A DNA stretch of 62,963 nt, counting the filler, from Vannella sp. (Eukaryota), in the NCBI GenBank assembly GCA_023345925.1. It is 6 parts of 6 records of this genome, joined end to end, with 100 filler letters (N's around TTAATTAATTAA, not from the genome) between each part and the next. Parts side by side here need not be neighbours in the genome. Positions count along the whole stretch, not along the records: positions 1 to 12,492 come from JAJQQN010000671.1; positions 12,593 to 26,587 come from JAJQQN010001341.1; 4 more parts are not named here. One strand, 5' to 3'. This document shows positions 10,703 through 20,903 of this stretch, piece after piece. A program made the translations under genes and the position numbers. Each line of letters begins with the position of its first letter. The first letter of the stretch is position 1. A model generated the notes under the pieces. That model saw only the letters and a program-made list of their open reading frames with translations, searched no databases and had not been told where the DNA came from.

Positions 10703-11683
10703 ATGTTCTCTCCTGCTTTCACCCCTTGGCAGTCGTTGATGGGGGGCTTAATGATTGGGGGATCAGCTTCTGCATTACTGCTGACGCATGGGAAGATCCT
10801 GGGAGTGTCTGGGATCATCCAGAGAGCAACTGCGAGCAATACGATCCCTTTAGAGCGCACTTGGCGTCTTGCCTTCCTCTCAGGGGCTCTGGGAGTAGCT
10901 TCCCTTCTCTCTTCATGGACTCCTGACGTATTCGGACCTCCCCTTCCGGCCTCTCCGTGGTCGTCCGCAGGAACAGGACTTTTGGTTGGCTTTGGCACGG
11001 CAATGGGAGCTGGGTGTACCTCTGGACACGGCGTTTGTGGACTACCTCGGCTGTCCCTCCGTTCTTTCGTCGCTGTGGCTTCCTTCATGGGCTCTGCCGC
11101 AGTAACATTGGCCATCTCCGCTTCCCCAACGGGCCCTGCACTTGTCTCTGCAAGTTCTCGACAGCCAACTCTCCTCTTGGACTCTCCAGCAACGTGGATG
11201 TCTCTCTTTCTTGGTGCTTTGGTGCTCTACTGGCCACGGGACTCGTCCAGCCTCGCAAAGAGAGGGCTCGCGTTCTTGTGGGGATCCGCATTCGCTCTGG
11301 GCTTGGCCGCTTCAGGGATGATGAACCCCTTGAAAGTCAAGTCTTTCTTATCTCCCTCTGCGGTCGCTGGAGGCTGGGATCCCTCCCTGGCCTTTGTGAT
11401 GGGAGGCGCAGTTCTCTTGAACTTCCTGGCCTTCCCTTTCATCACAGCTCGCTCTCGCACTCTCTTGGAAGCTCCTTTTGATCTGCCCACGGAGACACGG
11501 ATCACTTGGCAGCTTGTCTTTGGCTCCATTCTGTTTGGAGTGGGCTGGGGCCTTTCAGGTGTCTGCCCCGGTCCTGGTCTCTTGGCCTTAGCCACTGGCT
11601 CTTCATTCTCCTTCTCATGGGTAGCGGGCTTCTTAGTCGGTCAGAAAGTCTTTATGAGGATTTGCTTGGGAGAACGCTTCTAA
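10703..11683 (+). CDS. YeeE/YedE-family sulfur (thiosulfate) transporter, fused two-domain form
   Basis: GKILGVSGI, GAGCTSGHGVCGLPRLS, GLAASGMMNPLKVKSFL, WDPSLAFVMGGA and GWGLSGVCPGP, with many TM segments. Confidence 0.9.
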   Translation: MFSPAFTPWQSLMGGLMIGGSASALLLTHGKILGVSGIIQRATASNTIPLERTWRLAFLSGALGVASLLSSWTPDVFGPPLPASPWSSAGTGLLVGFGTAMGAGCTSGHGVCGLPRLSLRSFVAVASFMGSAAVTLAISASPTGPALVSASSRQPTLLLDSPATWMSLFLGALVLYWPRDSSSLAKRGLAFLWGSAFALGLAASGMMNPLKVKSFLSPSAVAGGWDPSLAFVMGGAVLLNFLAFPFITARSRTLLEAPFDLPTETRITWQLVFGSILFGVGWGLSGVCPGPGLLALATGSSFSFSWVAGFLVGQKVFMRICLGERF

Positions 11684-11685
11684 AC

Positions 11686-11723
11686 CTCCTCCTTCTCCTC
11701 CTTCTCCTTCTCCTTCTCCTCCT
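11686..11723. repeat. CT-rich microsatellite (CTC/CTT)
   Basis: ctcctccttctcctccttctccttctccttctcctcctt lies directly after the YeeE stop. Confidence 0.8.
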
Positions 11724-12492
11724 TGTTGCTAGGGGTCTCAGAGAACGAGAATGAAGGAAGACCCTCGTTCAGTGACCTAAATACCGTAAGAGAAGTCCAT
11801 TGCGTCTTCTCGGTGGACTGCTTCAGTTTGATAACCGCTAAGATGAAATGGGACAGAATCACGCAAATGGACCAAAGGCCGGTTCCGCAGCGCGCTCAAA
11901 TCGTGCGAAGCTCTGATGATCCATCGCACCATTGGGACGGCCTCGAAACGGCACTCGCGGGTTAAAGATCATCTCACCTTGAGGCAGGAAAGTTGCTTCC
12001 AGCAGATGGTTCACTTCTCCCGCCCAAAAGTGTTGGAACATCCGGAAGGAATCATCAAACCTGCTTCCATTGGACCGAACCAGATTCTCTTTGGTGATGA
12101 TTGCTTGTGCGACCAGCCCGCACTTCCACAAGTCGTACGTGTCACTATGATCAAGAACTTGTTTAACTAAAAGGGGTATGAGTTGCTCATATTTAATAGC
12201 AAATGGAACTTGTTCTTTGCTCTTACAACGTTTTGCTTCTATCTTTGCATTTATTTCTTCTCCTCATCGGGGACAAGACCCCCGATTTTGCACACTTTCC
12301 TGGCAATGGGCTTGGTTGCTCTTATCCTATTTTTTCCTTTTCCCAGAAGGTGTAAAATATAAAACTATACATAATTTTTTTTTTTGGAAAAACAGCTTTT
12401 AGTTAAAACTACAAGGAGAAGCTAAAACCACTATGTCGGGTCACAAGATTCAGATCTGACTATACATAATGGCTCGACCCCAAAAAAGTGTG

Positions 12493-12592
12493 NNNNNNNN
12501 NNNNNNNNNNNNNNNNNNNNNNNNNNNNNNNNNNNNTTAATTAATTAANNNNNNNNNNNNNNNNNNNNNNNNNNNNNNNNNNNNNNNNNNNN
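12493..12592. other. Artificial contig linker N44-TTAATTAATTAA-N44
   Basis: Identical 100-nt spacer with stops in all six frames; occurs five times. Confidence 0.97.
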
Positions 12593-12774
12593 CTGTTCAC
12601 GTTGGACGCCATCTCCCTCCACAGGCGGAACAAAAGAAGGAAGAAACTCCATTTCCCTTCTGGCTGAAATTCAAATCTAAATCCTCTGACATAGAAATTG
12701 AGGCCTATTCTGGTCACTTCTATTTAAGCCACTTTTTTTTGTTTAGTGAGAGATATAGGCCATTTGCTTGTGTA

Positions 12775-13444
12775 ATGGAGGTCCTTGCTGTGGTCGGCGA
12801 CGGTGCGGTACGTTCTCACCTTCCTCCTCTCCTCTTACACAAACGTCCAGGTTGGCAAAACCTCGCTCATCATGAGCCTTGCCAATCTGTCTTGGGAACA
12901 GACGCTTGGCAAACCAGTTTACGAGAGTTACGACTGCTACTTCAACATCCTAGGGGAACCCTTCAAATCAACTATTTTCGATACAGCGGGACAGGACGAT
13001 TTTTCGCCTTGTCGCGAACGCATCTACATGCAGGCTCAAACTGTCCTCCTTTGTTACTCGGTCATCTCTCCCCCTTCATTTGCCAACATAACAGAAAAGG
13101 TGAGCTGAATCGCTACTCAAGTTGACTCTCCTTTGATCTGTAGGGTCTGGAAACTGACATGGGGCTAGTGGCTCCCCGAGCTTCGAGGACAGAACCCAAA
13201 GTGCCGCGTGGTCCTTGTGGCTACAAAACTCAATTTGAGAGAACAACCTTCCGTACTGGAGCGCCTTGCAGAGCGCAACATGGCTCCCATCACAACCAAA
13301 CAAGGGAAAACACTTGCGTCCGCCATCGGTGCTTCTGCGTTCTTGGAGATCGACCAACACCCTTGCCCTGCTGTTTTTTCTGAAGCTCTTTTATCTTCAT
13401 TGTCATCCAAGAAGCGCAAGAAGGCTCCCTGCACCGTTTCATGA
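12775..13444 (+). CDS. Divergent Rho/Rac-family small GTPase (3 exons)
   Basis: [48 protein letters not shown] and a polybasic CAAX tail KKRKKAPCTVS. Confidence 0.88.
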
Positions 13445-13761
13445 TCTCCTGGCCAGTCCTCGCCTTCACTAAAGTTATATTATTTTGTATATTTGCTCTT
13501 GGGAGAGAAAAGGGCGTTGATGGGCTGCGACTAAGAAAGGAAATATTCTCTGAAGCAAAAAAGGTGGCCGTTGGTCGAAACAGTTTGTTTGGCAATTGTC
13601 TTCCCTCCATTCATTGTCCATCACCCTTCGACCTACAAGGTGAGTGCATGCGTTGTCCTTTCATCGGTGTTTGTTACCTCTGTTGGAGTGAACGAAGAAC
13701 CTGAAGGAACACGCTTTCTTTTACCCCGCTGTTTGTTTCCTAACTGTAGTTGGGGGACAGG

Positions 13762-15423
13762 ATGAGCGACCCTTCCAACGAGGACAAAGGAAAATACTAC
13801 GCTCAAGTGGTTCTCCAAAACAAGAAGCTGCTTTTGGACGATACCTACACGGACCTCATCATCAAGGTGGGCAGCGACGCCATTCACACCCATGCGGCCA
13901 TCATTTGCTGTCGCTGTGAGGAGATAATCGCACCTGCTGCTGGAGACGACAAGGGCAAGAAGAAGGCGAAGAAGATGGAAGTAAAAATCAAGGACGGCGC
14001 AGTGACCACGCACGCCATGAACAAAGTGCTGGAATACCTCTACACCGGTACGGTGGACTTTCCCAAGTTGGCCGACAAGGAAATCCTCTTCCTTCTCAAG
14101 GCTACTCGCCACTTCAAGTTGGACCGACTTGCTTGGTTATCCGAAACTTGGTTGACAGACCATATGACCATCGAGAGCGTCTTCCACCTCCTCAAAGCAG
14201 CTACAGACATGGAGGAAGAGCGCGCAAAGGCTCATTGCATGCAGTTTGCGTTAAAGCATTACAACGACTTTATCGCCAACAAGGATGGCATCTACATCCT
14301 GGGTATTGAGCTCTTCCAGGAGGTTGTTGCTGCCTTCCAGACCAGTCCTCCTCCCCCTGCCGCCATCTACCCTGAAGGTGGGCCTCCTGATACCCTCCTG
14401 GAAGACTTTAAGAGGCTGTATGACACGATGCCTTACTCTGATTTGATCGTGAGCGCTGGTGGAGAGTCTATCAAGTGCCACAAGGCCTTGATCACCGCTT
14501 TCTCTGATGCTTTGGCCACCTCGCTTATCAAGGAGGCTGATACCCCACTTCGTCTCTCCCCAGAAGCCTTCAAGAACGTCCTTCGCTTCTCTTACTATGG
14601 TAACGATGAGGTCAACGCCATCCCTGCCTGTGACTTGGTTGGATTCTGCCGCCGCTTCAAGCTGCCAACGCTAACTCGAATCTGCGAGGACAAGATCCGA
14701 AGTTCCATCAACAAGGACACCGTTGTGGCTATCCTCGGAGTCTCTTACCTCCCCGCAGACGGGAGACAGGATTTGGTGGACGAGCTCCAGTCCAAATGCT
14801 TCCCCTTCATCTTGGAGAACTTAGACACCGTGGACCTCTCCATGGCGAAGGCTTTCAATCCCCTCATGACCATTGACCTTCTCTTGAGGCTTCAATCTTC
14901 CGTCAAGAACAACGATTTTGGTTTGGGATGCATCCAAACTCCCTCCGCTGGTGGAAGCGGGAATGCCGCTCCCATCAAGGCCGCTGCTCCTCCCCCTCCA
15001 TCGAGGGGTCAGGGTCCCGCTCCTCCTGCACGAGGGTTGGAGTCTGAGAGCCCAAGTGACAGACCAAGTCCACCCACTCGAGATCTCTCCTCTCAAAACC
15101 TCCCACCTCCAATACTCGGAGGAAGTGTTCCTCCTCCACCACCTCCACGGGATTTGGTCGCGCCGCCTCCTCTCGTCAGCGCTGGTTCTTCCTCTGATCT
15201 TGGTGGAGAAGATTCTGAAGGTCCCACAGACAAGGCTTCTCGATTGACTCGCAGAAAGTCGTTGAAGAATGTGCTGGGCTCTGAGCTGAAGGGTAACACC
15301 AAAGAGCGAAAGGAGGATGAGAAGAAAAAGAAGGACGAGATTAAGCGAGCAGCCAAGGAGAAGAAGGAACGACAAAAGATGGAGAAGAAGTTCAAGGGCG
15401 GCAAGGCGGGCGAGATTTTCTAA
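13762..15423 (+). CDS. Tandem-BTB/POZ domain protein with proline-rich and basic tail
   Basis: YTDLIIKVGSDAIHTHAAII..VLEYLYTG and YSDLIVSAGGESIKCHKALI..VLRFSYYG; polyproline stretches; KE-rich end. Confidence 0.88.
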   Translation: MSDPSNEDKGKYYAQVVLQNKKLLLDDTYTDLIIKVGSDAIHTHAAIICCRCEEIIAPAAGDDKGKKKAKKMEVKIKDGAVTTHAMNKVLEYLYTGTVDFPKLADKEILFLLKATRHFKLDRLAWLSETWLTDHMTIESVFHLLKAATDMEEERAKAHCMQFALKHYNDFIANKDGIYILGIELFQEVVAAFQTSPPPPAAIYPEGGPPDTLLEDFKRLYDTMPYSDLIVSAGGESIKCHKALITAFSDALATSLIKEADTPLRLSPEAFKNVLRFSYYGNDEVNAIPACDLVGFCRRFKLPTLTRICEDKIRSSINKDTVVAILGVSYLPADGRQDLVDELQSKCFPFILENLDTVDLSMAKAFNPLMTIDLLLRLQSSVKNNDFGLGCIQTPSAGGSGNAAPIKAAAPPPPSRGQGPAPPARGLESESPSDRPSPPTRDLSSQNLPPPILGGSVPPPPPPRDLVAPPPLVSAGSSSDLGGEDSEGPTDKASRLTRRKSLKNVLGSELKGNTKERKEDEKKKKDEIKRAAKEKKERQKMEKKFKGGKAGEIF

Positions 15424-15583
15424 AGCTCCGGCTCCTCCACCCTCCTTTGACCCCGAAGAGGGGACTTTGACTTTTTGTATTATTCTATCTTTCCATCCAC
15501 CCATTAATCTTTGTGGCACAATAAACCCTTACGAATCTTTGTGGCAACGCGATGGGAGAGTGAAGGTTCATTTGAGAGTTCTT

Positions 15584-18500
15584 TCAGTGGAGCAGGCTGG
15601 CGATTTTGGAATCTTTCTCCTGCACCTGCTTTTCCAGTGCCTGAATTCGGGCGAGGAGTTTCGCTTGGTCACGGAGCTCCTTGGCCGTGGAAGAGACGCG
15701 GTCCATGTATGTCTTCACTTGATCTAAACTGTAAATAGCTTGGTGGAAGGAGTCCGCGGTTTGTGCTGCATACTCAGAATGTTGGGCTACTTGGAGTTTC
15801 AGAATGCCGTTGGTCCACTGCATCATGCTCATGTCATCTGGAGCTGAGAAAATAGCAGATTCTGGGCCAGAGCTGACTTGGAAGCCGTTGGGCACTTGAG
15901 GATGTTCCACCATTGCCATTGTTGCATTGGAGTTGATTTTGAGCTGCTTAAGGGGCTTTCCCCCCTTTGCATCGGTGAAAACAAAGAGATTCCCGTCTTT
16001 CGAGAGGGCTGCGAATCTTTTGACGATCTTCTTTCCGACAAGCATTCCCAAGGGGCCTTTGCAGGTAGCGTTTCCAATGATGTCAGACTCGCCTGTCTTT
16101 TGTTCCATCGCAGCCAAGCTTTGAATGAGCTTCTGATTCTCCTCTCGAGATTCATCGATCTGCTTTTTTGCCCTAGGACAAATGTAAGTTGATAACTTTG
16201 GGAGAATCAATGGGGGAAGAAGACTCACTTGGATACCCAAACGTCCATCTGTTGGACATTCTCCAGAATAGAATTGATTTCCAACTCTTTCTCGTCAATC
16301 TCTTCCACAGAGGACCCACTCTCAGAAACGACCCCTGAGACGTAGTCCTTTGCACGAGTGAGTACGCTATCAGTCAATTGTTCCCGAATGGCAGGCAACT
16401 GCGATTTCACCTGAGCAACAGCTCCACTCTGTCCAAAATGTCATTAAACCACCTGAAAACAATATAAGACGTACGAGGTTGTTAATCACTTCTTGGATAT
16501 TCTTGATCTTGATGCCTCGTACCACATCCATGAAAAGGCGGCCATGGCTTGGAGTGACCTCCAGCTCAATTTTGTCAAAGAAGCCACCAACGTTCAAGCA
16601 CCACTCCTTCTGAGAAGCCACCCACTCTTGCTCAGTGTGGAAAGAGCACGAGACAGGGCTGAAAACAGTTCGGGTAGAAATAGCATTGCGCCGTTCTTCT
16701 TTGTTACAAGCCACATTGACGTTGTCAAGACAGAATTTGGTGGTTCGCTTGAGCTCACTCACAACTTCTCGAACAAACAAGATCTGTTTGACGGAAAGTG
16801 CAATGTCACCACGTACATCGGCACTTGAAGTCGTATTGATGTCCTGTACCAGATAGACCCGGGTATCTTGAATGTCCAAGCGAATATCAATGTCAAGAGA
16901 CTGCTTAACACTCTCCACAAAGTCGTCCACCTTGAACTCAGAAGCGACATCGCCGGCAAGGGCCGAGAGATCAACATCATCAAACGACTTTTTCGCCTCC
17001 CGGAGAGAAGAAATCATGTTCTTGATGTTAATCTTCGTCTTCAGGAAGAAATTGAGAATGTTGCACGCTGGATTGGGGTTGATGCCAGAGTGCAGACTGC
17101 TCACGCGAATGTCAATTACCGAACGATCACCAAAATAATAGGATCGATTCGCTTTGGCTTTGATGGGTTCTCCATTTGGCCCTTCCGAGGGAGGGAGGAG
17201 TGGCTCAAGGAGCCGTCCAGGAGGATGGTCGATGTTCTTGAAACGGAAGGCAATCAAGGGTCGGTCTGAACCTGTGTGGACGAACTTGTTGGGATTGTAG
17301 AGGCGCGATTCATTGACATGATCTGGGAGAGCGGTCAAAGAGACCTGTTGAACCAACAACTTGATAGCTTGCTGCTTTCCAGAGTTCTCAATGCAGATCT
17401 CCACTCCGCTAAACTCCAGCCTCGCCAACTGATCATCTGAGGAAGAAGGCTCGAAGCCTCCCTCTCCAAGAGGCATGGTATTATCAGATACAGAGTTGCA
17501 AAGGGTCCAATCACCCTTTTCAACCTGAATGATGAACACCACCGGCACCTTCGGCTTCTCAACATTGGATCCAGCCGAGCTTAACTTGCGAATGACAGGC
17601 AAGAGAAGAACCAATTGGTCCACACGCGATAGAATAGCTTGATACTGCTGTTGAGTAAGGCGCCCGCTAATTCTCGCGATGGTTAATCCTCCCTCAAGAA
17701 GAAGAGGATCCAACTTGGGGAATGGCATCTCAGAAGAAGGCTCTTGCAAGCGACCAAGAGACACGTTAAAGTCGCCACTGATGCGAGGCATGAAAAGGGC
17801 TCTTTGAATGGGGGAAGTAGGAGAAGTGAACTGCACAGTCCATTCAATATCAACTTGCCAATTGAATTTAACGTTGTGGAGAGTCTTGCTTTGTTGAAGC
17901 ACTTGAGGACGGTTGAACACAAAGTCACCGGGTGCACCAGGGAACTCTGAGAGAGAAGCAATGCCCTTTGAATAAAGCTTGCTCTCTGGAAGGGAAGGGT
18001 GGCTTATCAACTGCCCATTGGCAATGTTCAAACACACTTGAACAAACTCGGAGCTCTTTGCAGAGGGGAATGCAATGGCAATATGAGACATATTGGCCCT
18101 TAGAAGGAAGATCTCTTCCAAGAGACTGTGCCCCTCTTGGACAACAACCTCTTCATCGTCCTTCATTCCTTCTGGTCGAAGACTGTGGACTCTCTGGATA
18201 GTTTCGATATGAGGCGTAGCATGGCCCACTAAATCATTCTATTGGAGGTCCACCAAAGTGAGTGAATGAAGGGAAAGGAGGGCAGGAAGATCGTACCAAA
18301 CTAGAAACAGTCTCTGGCCGAATGGTAATCAGCAATGGATTGACAAGAATGCGCCCATCAAAGGCAGGAGAGTCTGGCGCCTTCCCCAAGGCCAAGCGAA
18401 TGTAAAGGAGGGGCTTTTCCACCTCATAAACGGGCCAAGTGTGATGGAAGGTCCGCTTAATGGGGACTATTTCATCAAGAGGTGACTTGGCCAATCGCCT

Positions 18501-19898
18501 GTTGTCAGGCTCCAGAATAAAGTGGGCGCTGGGACCGGTACGTTTGAAGAACTCGCGCAAATACGCTTCCCCCACGCACACTTCCAGTTGTTTGTCATGT
18601 TCCCGTGAGGTTGGACCCCAGAAGGTTCCCACGCGCACGTTCTTGGCAAAATACTCCACTCCAGCACCAGACGTGCCTTCGAGTGCTACCAAAGAAAGGT
18701 GTTTGACCTGAATACCGATAATGCGACCAGGATGGGGGATGGGAGCTGGAGGAAGGGTGGGAAGATCGCGCCTTCCGAAGCAATTGCTGAGCCCTTTCAA
18801 TAGACTGACGAGGTAATGAAGTTCCTCCACCTTCAGCGTTGTCTGGAAACGGTCCAAAATGATCTCCAACGAGAGAGCACTCAGTTCGTTGTTGGACTTC
18901 TTGACGATCACGATCTGTCCCCCAAACACTTCAGAGGGCGTCTGCACCTTCTGGGAGTCACACTTACTCGAATGTTGATGGGGATGTTGGCAATCAACGG
19001 GATCTCCTGGCCCTCTTGGCTTTGGATGGTGCAACGGAGCGAGTCGGCTTGAAGCACTTTGAAGAGGAAGATCTCCTTGCGGTTAGCGTTGTATTCACGC
19101 GCTGAAGACAAGTCAATGACATCCCAACGGTCACTGGTGGTGAAGATGCTGATCCCTTTGACGTCCAAACACATTGGAGGCGGAGTCCTTTTGAGGGGAC
19201 GGTTAGGGGCGCTAACATTACGCCCTCTCTCTGCTCCTACCAGGCGCCTCGCTGTTCGGTCTTGTACTTTCCTCTAGTTTCCACCTCGACATGAAGGTGG
19301 TTCAGCTTAATGGTGATCCCATCGAGGATCTTTTCCGCCATTCCGTAAGATGAGGGTTTTCCCGCCCCAGGAAGCTTCCTAATCCTCACGTGAGCTCAAC
19401 GTTCATCAGAGGACCTCAAGTCTTTGGTGTTCCTACTTGAGAAAGTTCTCCAGCACTGTGGGAATGGGTTTCAGCTCGTCCCAAGGCTCAGAGAGGATAC
19501 AATCAAGCCGATCCACATGGAGAACAATGGGTGCCTTGAGTATGTTGGTGATTTGAATCTGAGATGCAGAAGTGTGAATCCAGAGAGCACTCGTGAGCGG
19601 TTGTACCAACCGAAACGGTCAACGTGTTGATGCACATCTTCGTCACATTGAGAGCAGACAGGCCCAGAATCTCCTGCACTACATCACGATTGATCTCTAA
19701 AGGTAGTTTGTGAGAAGGACTCGTTGGGAAGTCCTCTTGAAGGAAGAAGGAGGAAGGCCCACCGAGATTATGAAGAACACTGCTCGCTTCGCTTGTACTT
19801 GTGGAGAGAACGAACTGGTCCTTCCGAAAGTTCCGAAAGATGATCGTAAAATAGCCCTCAATAAGGCTCCCAATCAGACTGCTGATGACCGAGTCCAT
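15584..19898 (-). CDS. Bridge-like lipid-transfer protein (chorein-N, BLTP3/SHIP164/UHRF1BP1-like) with C-terminal coiled coil and PH domain; multi-exon
   Basis: MDSVISSLIGSLIEGYFTIIFRNFRKDQFVLS...HNL|EINRDVVQEILGL, YGMAEKILDGITIKLN, WDVIDLSSAR..KEIFLFK and LEIILDRFQTTL follow the UHRF1BP1-type N-terminus. The last exon has a PH pattern (KRFAALSKDGNLFVF...MMQWTNGI). Confidence 0.75.
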
Positions 19899-20399
19899 TG
19901 TCGAGTGGGCAGGACCAAGAAAAATGTTTCCTATCTCCCCCACCAACATCGATGCCCAATAAATCATTATCTATGTAAAGATTAAAGGCGACAAGTTGGC
20001 ATTGACGGAGAGTTTGAGGGAAAAGACCAGACCTGTCAGACTCCCCAAGCATTCCGACACGCGTCAGCCCCAACAACTGTTCCTGCTCGCTCTTCTTCAA
20101 TCTGAGCGCATTCCCCTCCATTTGAACCATGAATGAAAGATAAAAGATAAAGGGGAAGGGCAGTGTACGAGCGGAGGGGAAGAGGGGAGAACTCTTTTTG
20201 CGTTGCTTTCTCAGCGACTTCCTTTCTCTCTTCAAAAAGAGCTGGCATGAGTTGAATCATGTAATCTTTCATCTTTGGGCGTTCCAGAATGAAGAACAGG
20301 CGAAAAGGAGTGAAAACGGGGGAAATGCGAAAAATCGGCCAGAAGCTGACAACCCTCCGAGTGGGAGTATCATCCTGGAAAGTGTTCGCTCAGAAATAA

Positions 20400-20900
20400 A
20401 ATGAAACAGTGCGTTGTCATAGGCAGGGAGCCAATGAAAGCGCGCCTCTTCTATCCCGAGAAGTCTAAAAGGGTTCATCGGTTGGCCCTTTGTCACAAGA
20501 GAACCCGTAATCGATGAGCTGAAAGATATCACCAAACAACATAATGTTGGGTGCCCGCACATCTCTGTGCACTCGCCCGCACATATGAAGCAACCCCAAG
20601 AAGAAGATCCGATGGCGGAGTTGAGTGCACCCGGACTGAACTAGCTCATTCTCGTGCCACATTTCACGAGCAGGACGGTCTTCTTTCATCACTAACACTC
20701 GCGAATAGTCGCCATCATAGGTCATGTTGCCCCACCAGGCGTCCATCCCTCTTCTTCTTCGTGAATGGTTGTTGAAATTAATGTGGGCTGTTGTTCTCGG
20801 TAGCACAGGAATACATCTTCATCTTAGTGCTCGAGCGGCCTCTGGAACGGTTGGAAACCAGCAAAGTCCAGACTCAGGCGCTGTGATCTTCCCTGCTTTG
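20400..20900 (-). pseudogene. Degenerate protein-kinase fragment (CR-kinase-like)
   Basis: GRVHRDVRAPNIMLFGDIFQLIDYGFS gives a catalytic loop and a DFG equivalent. There is an in-frame TGA upstream at about 20820 and a stop/frameshift just after DYGF. Confidence 0.6.
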
Positions 20901-20903
20901 GTC

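Noticed and set aside
11680..12170. Possible minus-strand gene fragment
   Set aside because: Splice-like signals are present, but I could not build a consistent reading frame or find a recognisable motif.
14821..15519. Long antisense ORFs (also 32775-33443, 45663-46226, 10603-11115)
   Set aside because: Shadows of low-complexity or biased coding sequence on the opposite strand, with no motifs.
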